From Epithemia pelagica (lineage: Eukaryota; Protista; Bacillariophyta), in contig OX337231.1 in NCBI GenBank assembly GCA_946965045.2, forward strand, positions 930,001 to 994,000: DNA of 64,000 nucleotides, given 5' to 3'. The stretch's first letter is position 1. Every line of letters starts with the position of its first letter. Under the pieces are notes generated by a model, which saw nothing but the letters and a program-made list of their open reading frames with translations, was not told the DNA's origin and did not search any database. The position numbers and the translations under genes were made by a program. Below, one piece after another: positions 9,844 to 20,716 of this stretch.

Positions 9844-11469
9844 GTGCCATCATCCCAAAGTCCGAAGCGTATCAGCAAAGTTGTACCATTGTCAGAACGA
9901 TTCATGATGAAAGAAAAGAATCAACCAGTACTGGACTTGGACGAAGCTGCAAGGATTCGCGTTGTCGCGGGTTCCTCTCCGCCATGGGTCGAATCCGAGA
10001 TGGTGTCGAATGCAATGAAGCATATAGACTTTCTGCAGCGTCTCCATACTACAGGGGTGACATTGCAAAAACCATCACCAAAATCACTGGATCGGTATCT
10101 CAATCACTGGCTCTGTCTGGTTTATTATTACAAACGGGATGCCATCCTGATCCCTCCGCCGGACATTGCCTGGCTCTGGCATTGTCATCGACTCGCACCT
10201 CTCCACTACGAATCCTATTGCATGGACCGATTTGGGAGAATCCTTGAGTCCAGGGCACCCTTTGACTTTGTGGAGCCGCACAATGTCAGTGGCAACCAAG
10301 CACATTACTACTGGTGTAACATGTTTCCTCATGAACCATTTTTTCTTGACCAAAACGCCAAGGACGACGAAACATACAAGGGCAAGCACCAGCGTGGCAT
10401 CAATTCATCCCAGGCAATCCAAGTCCCGGAATCGTTGACCATAAATATGCCAAATGGATTTGATTTGGTGGCCTCTGCTCGACGGCAATGCGACTTTTTG
10501 TGGAATGTCACACAACCCAGGTTTCGAGATCCAGCCTTTGTCCGCGAGGGCGTTACTCAGTACATGAAGTTTTTAGCATTGAGCCAAATGGCCATGCTCT
10601 CGCCGTCGTCCTCCTCCTCCCTTTCACGGACGCTCTTAGTTCCCATGTATCAAATTGACTTGATTTGGCACACTCATATTTTGATGGGAATTGAGCGCTA
10701 CAATCAAGATTGTATGGAAGTCCGTGGGCGCCATCTTGCCAGTCCGGGGTCCAAATTTTTCCACGACGACTCACTGGATGATCGCAGTGCGGGAAGTCCT
10801 TTGGACATATCCTTTCAGCACACTTGTCGCCGATGGAAAGCAGTTTACGACGAGGAATATTGGGTTGAAGGTGGCATGTATCGTGGACCTCCCCCTTCCG
10901 AGTTCTATCATACATCCTGGACTCCACACACAAACACGCAGCCGATAGTAGCGGCATCAGTGTGCAATCCAGATAAGAGAGCCACCGCTGATACAACCAA
11001 CACCAAGGGCAAGAAACGTTACCAGGTGTTCGCCGAAACGCTGGTTCGAAGCAAACCCATCACCAACACTCAACAGAAAGAAGCAGCTCAAAACACCCCT
11101 TGCCATAAATCCAGAAGGCGGTTCCACGTCGTTATGGAATCCATTGCCTTGTGGTGGAAACGTTGGATAATGCCCGCCGATAAAGAAGCGCGACTGGCTC
11201 GCCGGGCCGAACGAATGCGAGTACGGCAAGAAAGAATGGATGCCGCGGCCGCTCGAGCCAGTCGAGGATACTATGGCGGTGGTGGTGGAGGTGGTTATGG
11301 CGGTGGTGCAGGTTGTGGAGGATGTTGCTTTGGTGGTGGCGGAGGAGGTGGTTGTGGAGGAGGTGGTTGCGGCGGTGGCGGAGGATGCGGTGGTGGTGGA
11401 GGCGGCGGTGGCTGTGGAGGCGGTGGTGGAGGAGGAGGTTGTGGAGGCGGTGGATGTGGCGGAGGATAG
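9844..11469 (+). CDS. Glycine-rich domain-containing protein (GRDP/DUF1399-like) with a Gly/Cys tail
   Basis: Two GRDP-type motifs (IPPPDIAWLWHCHRLAPLHY; LVPMYQIDLIWHTHIL), HDDSLDDRS, GGMYRGPPP, and a C-terminal (G)nC tail. First in-frame ATG is 9904; a pyrimidine tract plus CAG at ~9815-9829 suggests an upstream exon. Confidence 0.8.
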   Translation: MPSSQSPKRISKVVPLSERFMMKEKNQPVLDLDEAARIRVVAGSSPPWVESEMVSNAMKHIDFLQRLHTTGVTLQKPSPKSLDRYLNHWLCLVYYYKRDAILIPPPDIAWLWHCHRLAPLHYESYCMDRFGRILESRAPFDFVEPHNVSGNQAHYYWCNMFPHEPFFLDQNAKDDETYKGKHQRGINSSQAIQVPESLTINMPNGFDLVASARRQCDFLWNVTQPRFRDPAFVREGVTQYMKFLALSQMAMLSPSSSSSLSRTLLVPMYQIDLIWHTHILMGIERYNQDCMEVRGRHLASPGSKFFHDDSLDDRSAGSPLDISFQHTCRRWKAVYDEEYWVEGGMYRGPPPSEFYHTSWTPHTNTQPIVAASVCNPDKRATADTTNTKGKKRYQVFAETLVRSKPITNTQQKEAAQNTPCHKSRRRFHVVMESIALWWKRWIMPADKEARLARRAERMRVRQERMDAAAARASRGYYGGGGGGGYGGGAGCGGCCFGGGGGGGCGGGGCGGGGGCGGGGGGGGCGGGGGGGGCGGGGCGGG

Positions 11470-12070
11470 TGCATGTTCGACTAGAGCCTCTGATGTTCAT
11501 TCTGATTGGTCCTCGTATTCTTATACAGCACATTGAACCATAGTAAGAATCTGTTTCTCTGGTAGAGGCAATGTAAATAGTCTTGGAATAAGGGGACACG
11601 GTGTCTTTCATTCATGATTTCCCGTTGGATCACATTCCGGGTTCCTTCTTGCCATTGGACTTGAAGGTGAATGACCGTTCTCCCGTGAAAAGCAACATCA
11701 ACTCTTTTGATCAGTCCCAATCTTGCGAGCTTCGAATTTTGAGAAAATCTCTTAATGTCTCTACCGAACGGCCCCATCATTATGAGAAACAATAGAGATC
11801 CAACAACTTGCTCCGACGCCTTTCTGTCGAGTTTTTTCAAGGATAGTTGGTTTCAGCTAGAAATCAAGGCCTCACCTGCGTTGGAATACCACCGTAGCCA
11901 ACATGTCGGCGGCGCCCATGCCGCCGTCCACACGACGGTCATTTTTTCGCTCTTTGATTCTGCCTTGATCGGTTGGTACCAGATATACGGTATTCCCTAC
12001 AAAAGGGAATAGTCAATCTAGACTCATAGAGAGCTCTGATAATATCTCCCCCATACAGCTGTGATACTGA

Positions 12071-13444
12071 TTAGCTCCACAAGGTATCCACTGTTGCGTT
12101 TAGTTGTGGAAGAATAGAGAACTGTCGATCATAACAGGCATGTCCACATCCAAAGTCACGAGCATAGCACGACTGTTTCGCTTTGTCCAGTTGCAATGAA
12201 CCGTTGGATGTGCAAGGCCAAAATGTTTCATTGAAGCAAGCTTGTCCCAAGACAATTTGGAGTTGCTTCCAACCTTTTACGGCCTTGTCTACTTGTGCCA
12301 GTCCAATATGCTGCTCAATCGTCTTGTGTAGAGACGCTTGTACAGATGCATGCAAAAGGCGATCGATCATGTGTTTGCGCTTCCATTCTCCCTTATTGGA
12401 TTCCATAAAGTTCTGTAGGGATGGTGTCAACAAGGGCGGAATCAATCGCACACAGCGCTTCTTTTGAGAGTACCAGCTTCCTGATTGTTTGCTACTCGTC
12501 ACCATCAAATCACCAATGGGAAGTTCCGTCAGCCACGCAAACACCACCATGGACTTGGTCATTTCTTCCACCAGAAACAAATAATCGTAGCTGTTCAAAA
12601 TCGACTGGACCACATGAACTGCATTCATGTGCTTACCAGAAGCGTCTGACAATCGGGTATACTCTGTAATATAGTTTCCCTGCAGTTCTTCAAGGCCTTT
12701 GATCACAAAGGAATCGGATGGTTGCCGTCGCAATGGTTGGTCATCGTGATGCAATTTATCGGCAGCAGCATTGGACTGACGTTTCGCTTGGAGACTAACA
12801 CGATGAAAATAAATATCACTCAAGGCACGATTGTTCGGATTCCGAATCGGAGCAAACAAAAATAGCCTCTGTCGTTCCATCCCACAAACGCGTTGGGATA
12901 GATTGTGTTGGCGGGCTGATCCATGCGCCCAGTACACGGTTGAACAATTGTTTCGATCCGCAATTCGTAGCACCAGACCAGCCATGGTACTGCTTGCTGA
13001 TTTGGGAACCTTGATGAGCCAAAGTACACTTTCACCAGTAGGAATGGAAGATAAGTGAGCAGGAGTGCTGTCCGCGGTGCGTCCTTGATGCGGCGAACAA
13101 AAGCCTTTCAACGGCTTCTTGTTCCAAACCCTTGCAATGCGTCTAGCAGTCTCTTGCAAACATTCGTCATCCATGAGGCAACATTCTTCTTCACTCATTG
13201 TATCAGAGCAAGAAGCTGTTGTTCTGGAAACAATGGTCGAGTTTCTTGTCGGTTTCTCCATAATCCATTCATGATTGTTTATTACAGTCGGATCTGTCAC
13301 AGCTTCAAAGAATTTTGTACCAATCAAAACATGAAGAAGGATATACACAACAATTGCCACTGGGGGATACTGACAAAGCAATCGGCGGCGACGGCGGCTC
13401 CGACGAGAACCAAGAGAAGACAGTGAATTACCAGGTCGACTCAT
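12071..13444 (-). CDS. Type II membrane sulfotransferase-like protein
   Basis: N-terminal basic patch plus TM (VAIVVYILLHVLIG), a 5'-PSB-like motif LIKVPKSASSTM, a 3'-PB-like motif IRNPNNRALSDIYF, and a Cys-rich C-terminus. Confidence 0.6.
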   Translation of the reverse strand: MSRPGNSLSSLGSRRSRRRRRLLCQYPPVAIVVYILLHVLIGTKFFEAVTDPTVINNHEWIMEKPTRNSTIVSRTTASCSDTMSEEECCLMDDECLQETARRIARVWNKKPLKGFCSPHQGRTADSTPAHLSSIPTGESVLWLIKVPKSASSTMAGLVLRIADRNNCSTVYWAHGSARQHNLSQRVCGMERQRLFLFAPIRNPNNRALSDIYFHRVSLQAKRQSNAAADKLHHDDQPLRRQPSDSFVIKGLEELQGNYITEYTRLSDASGKHMNAVHVVQSILNSYDYLFLVEEMTKSMVVFAWLTELPIGDLMVTSSKQSGSWYSQKKRCVRLIPPLLTPSLQNFMESNKGEWKRKHMIDRLLHASVQASLHKTIEQHIGLAQVDKAVKGWKQLQIVLGQACFNETFWPCTSNGSLQLDKAKQSCYARDFGCGHACYDRQFSILPQLNATVDTLWS

Positions 13445-13957
13445 GCCTCGCTGTCCCTCTTCAGTGGACAACCTGCATTCGGTCTATGGGAGTTTCTCCA
13501 CGCACCACCAGCACATTGCAAACAAAGAAGAAATAATTGTTCACTCATCGATTGATTCCATCAGTCATCGTCATGGTGATCGCTTCGATATGAGCTACCC
13601 TTGCTAGGTAATGCACGATTTCTGAGGTTCCTCTATCTAGGAGAAGAGCAAGTGAAAAGGGCAAAGATTCTTCTCCTCGTCCGCCAACCATCATCTTTTC
13701 TCCCAGACAACTTTCCAGTACCAACCGTGTTCAGGAGAATAGGATCTTCGATCTACCTATTCGTTAGTTCACGTGTTTCGCTTTCGCAGAAAACTGGAAA
13801 CGTGTTGGCAAGTTGAAGATGGAGGTGTAAACAGCAGCATTCCAATGTTCGACGAAACATGGCAGATTGTACGACATGCTCTAGGTAGTCGACAACAAAT
13901 CACTTTCGCTGTCACTGTCCACATTCACAGTTCTCACAGAGTGGTTGGTTTTGATTC

Positions 13958-15181
13958 TTATACCGTGTCTGTATATCCTTTGCTCTCCGCATCTGCTTTG
14001 TCCGGTTGTGGATGTGGCTCGGGTTCAAACGAACCATGATCCGCAAGTTTGGTGCCGTCCAAACCGGCATGTTGTTGTTGCAATTTGGCATGGAATTGTT
14101 GAATGGTTTCTTGTTTCCACAAGGTTTTTCGTACCTTGCGCAATTGATACAATTCTTGATTCAAGGTTTTGCAAGACGCTTGATTCGGGTCGCCTTGTTG
14201 TTTGGCCAAGAGCCAGGCCAAGACACCGGCCGCCGATCGTCCATGACCGGCCCGACAATGGACATAGACGCGGCCACCATTACGAAATTGTTGTTGAATG
14301 AATTGCACCGTTGCTTCCAAGGCTTGCAGGGATGGTTCAAAATGATCGGGTGTCGGAAGATGCAATTGGGTAATCCCCAATTTCTCATACTGTTGGACGG
14401 GACCTTCGTATTCTTCACAAAAGTTGACCACTCCACGAACCTATCCAAGCGTACACAGATGCAAGGAGGAGAATGTAGGTATACCATTAGACCGTCAGCC
14501 ACATAGTTGACCAGAGAACAAATAAAAACAAGAGAACCAAATGAGTACTTTACGACCGAGGATATGAAGGGAGTATGTTCCTCATCTCGTTCTTCGTCTG
14601 CAGTTGTCACGTACATCGTATTTATGGAAGAGCTTTTCGGGAAAGCCGGCAAATCCAAAGGGTGCACCACCCATGACCACAACGTCGTCAATTTCGGTAC
14701 ACCAGTCATTGCCCAGCCTCCATCGTTGTCGAACTACGGTCAATGGCAAGGTCGGCCAAAACAAGGTGTGACTGACGACACGGGAAATTGGCAAGGGCAA
14801 CCAATGTTTTTGATTCAAAATGTACAAGACAACAGCCACGGCTGTCATGGATTGAAATCCGACGCGTGCGGCCGATACCAGCGTGGTGGTGGACCATGGC
14901 GGCGGTGATGGTGTCGTCGTTGTTTGTGTTTCATTGGTGGTGGTCGTTGTTGTGTTGTTGGAAAAGGTGGTATTGGAATGTTTGACACTACCAAGGGACA
15001 ATCCCCACCTCCTATCATCCGTGCCTCCACCACCACCACCACGATATCGCTCGTGAAGCAACAGCAGCGAGTTTGACACGTCGTATGACTGTTGAAGGGA
15101 ACTGGCCTCGGTTCGGTCCACCACCGAGGCGCCAGTGCGAGACATGGGAGTCGCCGTATCGAAGGGATCTAAAGGAGACAT
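13958..15181 (-). CDS. PTPMT1: PTPMT1-like dual-specificity / phosphatidylglycerophosphate phosphatase, 2 exons
   Basis: Exon 1 15181-14615 (LFWPTLP, WCTEIDDVVVMGGAPF); phase-0 GT-AG intron 14614-14441 with a CTAAT branch site; exon 2 14440-13958 (VRGVVNFCEEYEGP, LPTPDHFEPS, catalytic VYVHCRAGHGRS). The 5' start is uncertain. Confidence 0.85.
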
Positions 15182-15653
15182 GATACTGCACAAGACAAGT
15201 GGCAAGAGATGATATTCCAAGAAGAGAAGAACTTCCAATCGTCTCTTGTTGTTACAGTTTGCTGTCATACAAGGTTATAGACCTTACACTTTTTACATTT
15301 ACACTGCGTGACATGCCTACGAGCGCCGTCATGTATTTTATCCGCGACCGGATCACAAAAGCCGAGGTGGAAGATCGAAGCACCTCTTGGCTTGGCGATC
15401 CCTTGGCGGGTTTTGTTGCGTTACTGCTGATCGACACATAGTGTTATCGTTGTTGTGTCTCATCGTTCTTTCTCGCGTGTTCTATATGTCTAATCATTCT
15501 CGTGGTGGAGAGACGTTCAATTCCATCGCAGCATTCGCTATATAGTTAGTAGCACAGCAACACACGCCGTTTCGGTATCCCCCGAGTGTCCAGAGGTGCT
15601 CCTCGTTTGTATTGTGAAACAAGGACAAGACTCTTCATTCCCCGTATTCCAGC

Positions 15654-16553
15654 ATGGTGGATGATACCAATAGTTCAAATGATGCATTGACTGTCGATTC
15701 TAGTTCGAAGGAAGAGCAAGAGTTGGACAATGACAAGAAGGACGACGACAAGAGCCACAACAGTTCTGTCCCAGATACCAATGACACTACCACTCCCCGA
15801 AACAGTTATTTGGAAATGGTGGCTGCCAAACGAGCACGAAATGAGGCCATGATTCAACAATTGGGAATTCCGCAATTGCTAAAAAAGAAACCCTCCAAAA
15901 AAACTAGCTCAACATCCAAAAAATCATCACAAGCCAAACCAGAACCGGTCCGGGTCAGTTCGCGCATTCGCAAAAAACCAGCCGAATATGCCAAGGGATT
16001 GACCGAATTTGGAGACGAGCCTGTGGGACGAGGACGACGAAGCTTGCGCTCGCAAAGGCGAAGGGTACCGTCTCCACGCCAAATGTCCAAGGAATCTCCT
16101 CGTGAATCGTCCCCAACGGCTGTGCAGCAAGAGGCCTTGCAGTCCGATCGTGCCTTTTCCAAACAACAACAGAATGGGGGTAGCAACCGTCCTTCGTCCT
16201 TGGATTGGTTGGACGATCTGCGACATTATTTGGTTCATGTCGATGGTATTAGTCCCAGCAATGTCTCGCGTGTCATGTCACAAGTGATTAAATTGGCCGA
16301 CGGTCGAGGCATTGGCTATCGACGATGGCCATCAAATGTCATCTTTGCCCAAGGATCTCCCGTCCATCCCGCCACGACCGACTTGGACGCTCTGTACGAA
16401 ACGGCCATGGACTATGAAACTCAATATGGACGAGATTTGGGCAATGGATGGCTCTTGGCGCATCCCATTCAAAAACTCATTCAATTTGAACCGTGGTGGA
16501 AAGAATTCAAACAAAAAGGAGTACCCGTGGACGAGACGAACCCTTCCAAATAA
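15654..16553 (+). CDS. Hypothetical, probably nuclear protein
   Basis: 299-aa ORF with a SYLEMVAAKRARNEAMIQQLGI helix, Lys-rich NLS-like stretches, RVSSRIRKKP, and a globular-looking C-terminal ~110 aa (DLGNGWLLAHPIQKL). Confidence 0.7.
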   Translation: MVDDTNSSNDALTVDSSSKEEQELDNDKKDDDKSHNSSVPDTNDTTTPRNSYLEMVAAKRARNEAMIQQLGIPQLLKKKPSKKTSSTSKKSSQAKPEPVRVSSRIRKKPAEYAKGLTEFGDEPVGRGRRSLRSQRRRVPSPRQMSKESPRESSPTAVQQEALQSDRAFSKQQQNGGSNRPSSLDWLDDLRHYLVHVDGISPSNVSRVMSQVIKLADGRGIGYRRWPSNVIFAQGSPVHPATTDLDALYETAMDYETQYGRDLGNGWLLAHPIQKLIQFEPWWKEFKQKGVPVDETNPSK

Positions 16554-16774
16554 TGTGCGGTTTGGCGTAAGTTGTGTCTCTGGTTTGGGAGAGGGCTACT
16601 AGACGTTAAACTGAGAAGGATTGTGTGGGTGGAACGTAAAATTTTGAACTGTTATTGTCTTTGTATGGACTCTCTCTCTACTAGAGGAAAGATGCACCAG
16701 ACAGCCTCAATCTGTTTGAAGCTAGTTTTGACTTGTTCCTAGTCTTTAATGTCTCTATGATTGGGACCACGGTA

Positions 16775-19700
16775 TTACGGATATTCGTCGGCATATTTGG
16801 CAATCGTTTCATGAATCAAGACAAAGAGTTGTCCGACTCCGGCACGCATACCCGATGTGATTTGACGGCTGACCATGGGTGGACCATTGGGGAATTCTGG
16901 TTCCACCGAAAATTGCAATCGACAACTGTCGTGTCCCAAATTGATAATGGTAAATTGAGTCCAGGCCACAAAGGTTGACCCGTAGGGGACATCGGGAGTC
17001 AAGGCCTTTTTCTTGTAGGTAAAACAATAATCATTGTAGGCCACAATGTAGTGCGTTTCCGAACACATGTTGGCCTTGACAAAGGCTGACTTGGGCATGA
17101 GGTAGGAGGCTTCCTTTTCGGCTCCAATAAAATCTTGTTCACTGACACCTTCCGGAAGCTTTTTGGTAGAACCAATGTGTTCCGGGTGTCGATTCCAGCT
17201 TCCCATGGTGATATTGTCGTATTTGGCTTCGACACGGTACAAGGCTTCTGTAATGAAGGACGACTCCCCACTCAAAAAGGCCCACCGTAAACGACGAAAG
17301 CCTACCGGTACCTCCAATTCCAAACCCAAAAACTCTAAATGCTCGGGAACTTCAAAGCCAGCCGGTGGTTCTACCACATCCTTGTCCGCTGCAATGGCAG
17401 GTCCTAGCAAGGGGCCCAAAATATTCTCTTTGCCTCCTTCTTGGCCCTGTTTTTGCTTTTCCTTGTGATCCTTGGAATCGGCACGAATTTCACGGAGCGC
17501 CGACAGCATAAAGGCTGCTTGGAGCGACGCATGACGAATCCCAATTTCCATTTCCAATCCTCGTTCCTCCACGTAGTAAAAGATTTCGTCCGAGACACTG
17601 CTCAAAATAAAGTGACGAATCAGTGACCCAAAAAAGGTGTGATAACACAAGATGCACAAGGGTTGATAGAATAACCAATGCGTGTTGTGATACAACCACG
17701 ACATGATATGAGCTATAATATCGTGTCGTGTCAACTGTACCACATGCATAAAATACTCCCTACATTGGGCAAAAGCCGAAGGGTCCTTTGCTCCCGTCTG
17801 ATCGCCACCACCAGCAGCTTCCTCCTCCTCTCGTTGTTGTTTCTCTTCTTCTAACCGTCGTTCCCATCGTTCTTGACGAAGTCGGACGGCACGGTGCGTG
17901 GCCTTGAGAAGTTGTCTCCAATCAATCCGGAGCACGTTCACAGCCAGTACAAAATAAGGTCCGACACGGTATTCGATTTCGGTCTCAATCGCCACGCCAC
18001 GACGCTTCAACCGAGGTGTGAGCAGTCGATAAATGTCATTGGACAACTGAACGGCAATACGACGTGGTGTAAAGTCACTGCTCAATGCCAAACCGGCCAA
18101 ACGCACCAAATTCACGTGCGCGTACAAGCGAAATCGTTCAAAGCGTGTAAACTTGTCAACTTCTTCGGCACTTTCCCAGCGTTCTTGCGCCAATCGCTCC
18201 AATTCATTTTTGACCACTTGAATGCCATTTTTGACCATGACATTCAAATACATGGTTTTCTGATTGTGGACGACCAACTTTTGGTCTTGTACACTCGAAT
18301 TTTTCTTCCCTCGCGCATTGTACTCATCCCGGAATCCCTTCTTGTCAGTTCCTTCTTTCATCAATTGGTACGCATCCAAAAATTTGTTTTGTACCTTCGC
18401 GGCAAGTCCCTGTCCTTCGAAACGATTTCGATTTATTGGACTCTTCCGAAACCGCGAACGTCGAGCCAAGTCGTCATAATAGAACTTGTCGCGGGCCAAG
18501 AGTGCCAGCTGACGTTCCGCCTGAATTTCCTCCGGACTCAAAATTAGTCGACGGGCCTTTTCACACACATTCATCAACGCTTCATCGGCCAAAATGACAT
18601 AATCGCGAACCGCATTGGTCAACAACAAGGCTTCTTGTGGTTCTCCATCATCGGTATACTGCATGGAGTGTTCGGCGGTATGACGATCAATGCGATACGG
18701 AACGGAACTGTGGTTTTGTTCTCCTCCACTGCCTTCGAATTGTTGGAGCCGGGCTTCCGAGCGCAATTGCGGAACCAACGTATTTTGTGGAAGGAGGTAC
18801 TCATTGTCGGGCCAGTTTTCTACACCACCAGCAGGCGACTCTAGTGCTGTTGAGGGACGATGGTGGCCATCACCATCAACTAGATCAGCTTGATCCAAGT
18901 TAGACGAAGGCCGCATTGACGGGTACTCAACCTTATCTCCATTATTTTCGGCGTCATCGAAAAGACGTGTTTTTCCAGGCTCGTCCATATATTCAATCTC
19001 TTCCTTTTCCTCTTCCAAAACCTCATCAATCAAAGCGTCAGACAAACGTTGTTGTTTCTCGTCTACGACTTCGATGACGGAACTTCGCATTTGTGATGAT
19101 TCTTCCAGTATCAATATATCTTCTTGTTCAGAGGACCCTCCTTGCTGTGGCGGTTCTCCTTCCAAAATTTCATCCAACAAATCACTCGGCAAGGTTCTTA
19201 CATACGATGGCTTTACCGGTTGTCGTTGTTGTTCTTCTGATTCAAAATTAACAGAAAAGGTTGGTGATTTTTCTGACAGCTTGGGAGGTGCCTTTTCTTG
19301 TGTAAAGGACAATCGCCGCCGTTCGACCACCTCTTGCTCATTTTCTCCTGCTTCGTTGGCTTCTTTATGATTCGCGATGACATCTGTGTTTCGCCTGGAA
19401 AACCGAGGAGGAGAACCATCTCCATCATTGGACAGAACGACCTTGACCTCAGGTTCGTCTCCGCTTGCCGCTGCGGTGGTCAGGGTGGTGTTGGATGTGG
19501 TGTTGGAACCCTTGGCTTTGAGCATCCAGGGCAAACTATCCACTACTTGCCGAATATGATCTTGTTCATGTTTGTCGGCTGCTTCCAAAGTGGCAAAGGC
19601 CTTGCCGCAAACACCGCACATCCAGGCATCAGCCTCATCATCGTCCAGAGCAGGACCAATGTAACTCTGAATATCACCCCAAAACGGGGATTGAGAGGCC

Positions 19701-20716
19701 ATGTGTTGTTGTCGTCGTCGATGGGGAGAGGGAGGAGGATGTTTGCGTCCTCCACCCAGCCATCGTCGCCGATTTTGCCATCGTTTCTTTTTGTAATGGT
19801 GGCGATGCGCGGTGGAGGCTGAGGTGTGGGTGGTAATGTCACCTTCTTGGTGATGATGATGCTGTGGCAAGGATCCATTCGAAAAGGAACGTGGTCGTAG
19901 GAGCAAAGTAGGGCTTTTGCTTTCATTGTCTTCTCGTTTTCCTCTTCGGACACCTCGTTTCATGGCGCGAACGGAGGAATCGCCTGCAAACGCTCCTCCT
20001 CCCAACAAACTCTCCACCTCCGACTCGGATCGATGCGACGATGAAAAGCTATATCGTTTAAAGACTCGACGAGATCGAGACAAAAGAGAGCGTTGAGATT
20101 GTTCGTCTTGCGTGGAATGATCGTCGTCGTTATCATCAATCAAGATGGATTCCACCGATGCAATGTCACTCAGCAAGCTTGGATACCACATTTCTCGACC
20201 TGGCGAGGAAGGAGACGTTTGAAGGGCCAAATTCCAAAAATGTTCGTTGGCCACATGACCGGCTCGTCGGGCTTGCTCATGCTGTTGTTCGGCAGAACGT
20301 TCCAACAACCGACGAGTCCGTCGACGCCACTTGGCGTCTTGAATGTAACTGGCACCGTCGGTTCCCATCATAGAACTACCCGCCGTCGATTCGGCTCCAC
20401 TTCCTCCTCCTCGATTCGTCATGGATCTACTTGCGGCATCCAGTGTGTAATCGTCTCCTTCTGGATTGTTGTTGTGGTACTGAATGGTGCTGCTGTTATC
20501 CGTAGTGGTGGTATGGTTGTTTGTGTGGTTGTGGTTGTTCAAGTCTTGCTGTTGTTGTTGTTGGGGACTGATTCCTCCGCGTGACATGTGGACAGTAGAG
20601 CGGGTTGCCGCCGGAGACGATTGGTCCAAATACTGTTGCGCCCCCTCCAGCATGATTTTCCCATCCTCTTGCGAGTCATCTCCTCCCGTCGGAGTCTTCA
20701 AGATGGCTCGTAGCAT
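16775..20716 (-). CDS. Large protein with a C2H2 finger, putative membrane segment(s) and a C-terminal VASt/StART-like lipid-transfer domain
   Basis: 1313-aa ORF: WMCGVCGKAFATLEAADKHEQDH (C2H2), hydrophobic IIAHIMSWLYHNTHWLFYQPLCILCYHTFFG, and C-terminal SYLMPKSAFVKA...TPDVPYGSTF (VASt-like). Confidence 0.7.
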   Translation of the reverse strand: MLRAILKTPTGGDDSQEDGKIMLEGAQQYLDQSSPAATRSTVHMSRGGISPQQQQQQDLNNHNHTNNHTTTTDNSSTIQYHNNNPEGDDYTLDAASRSMTNRGGGSGAESTAGSSMMGTDGASYIQDAKWRRRTRRLLERSAEQQHEQARRAGHVANEHFWNLALQTSPSSPGREMWYPSLLSDIASVESILIDDNDDDHSTQDEQSQRSLLSRSRRVFKRYSFSSSHRSESEVESLLGGGAFAGDSSVRAMKRGVRRGKREDNESKSPTLLLRPRSFSNGSLPQHHHHQEGDITTHTSASTAHRHHYKKKRWQNRRRWLGGGRKHPPPSPHRRRQQHMASQSPFWGDIQSYIGPALDDDEADAWMCGVCGKAFATLEAADKHEQDHIRQVVDSLPWMLKAKGSNTTSNTTLTTAAASGDEPEVKVVLSNDGDGSPPRFSRRNTDVIANHKEANEAGENEQEVVERRRLSFTQEKAPPKLSEKSPTFSVNFESEEQQRQPVKPSYVRTLPSDLLDEILEGEPPQQGGSSEQEDILILEESSQMRSSVIEVVDEKQQRLSDALIDEVLEEEKEEIEYMDEPGKTRLFDDAENNGDKVEYPSMRPSSNLDQADLVDGDGHHRPSTALESPAGGVENWPDNEYLLPQNTLVPQLRSEARLQQFEGSGGEQNHSSVPYRIDRHTAEHSMQYTDDGEPQEALLLTNAVRDYVILADEALMNVCEKARRLILSPEEIQAERQLALLARDKFYYDDLARRSRFRKSPINRNRFEGQGLAAKVQNKFLDAYQLMKEGTDKKGFRDEYNARGKKNSSVQDQKLVVHNQKTMYLNVMVKNGIQVVKNELERLAQERWESAEEVDKFTRFERFRLYAHVNLVRLAGLALSSDFTPRRIAVQLSNDIYRLLTPRLKRRGVAIETEIEYRVGPYFVLAVNVLRIDWRQLLKATHRAVRLRQERWERRLEEEKQQREEEEAAGGGDQTGAKDPSAFAQCREYFMHVVQLTRHDIIAHIMSWLYHNTHWLFYQPLCILCYHTFFGSLIRHFILSSVSDEIFYYVEERGLEMEIGIRHASLQAAFMLSALREIRADSKDHKEKQKQGQEGGKENILGPLLGPAIAADKDVVEPPAGFEVPEHLEFLGLELEVPVGFRRLRWAFLSGESSFITEALYRVEAKYDNITMGSWNRHPEHIGSTKKLPEGVSEQDFIGAEKEASYLMPKSAFVKANMCSETHYIVAYNDYCFTYKKKALTPDVPYGSTFVAWTQFTIINLGHDSCRLQFSVEPEFPNGPPMVSRQITSGMRAGVGQLFVLIHETIAKYADEYP

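Noticed and set aside
11132-11611. His-rich (minus) and Val/Trp-Arg-rich (plus) ORFs over the GRDP tail
   Set aside because: Alternative-frame readings of the GGN/TGT repeat that encodes the Gly/Cys tail.
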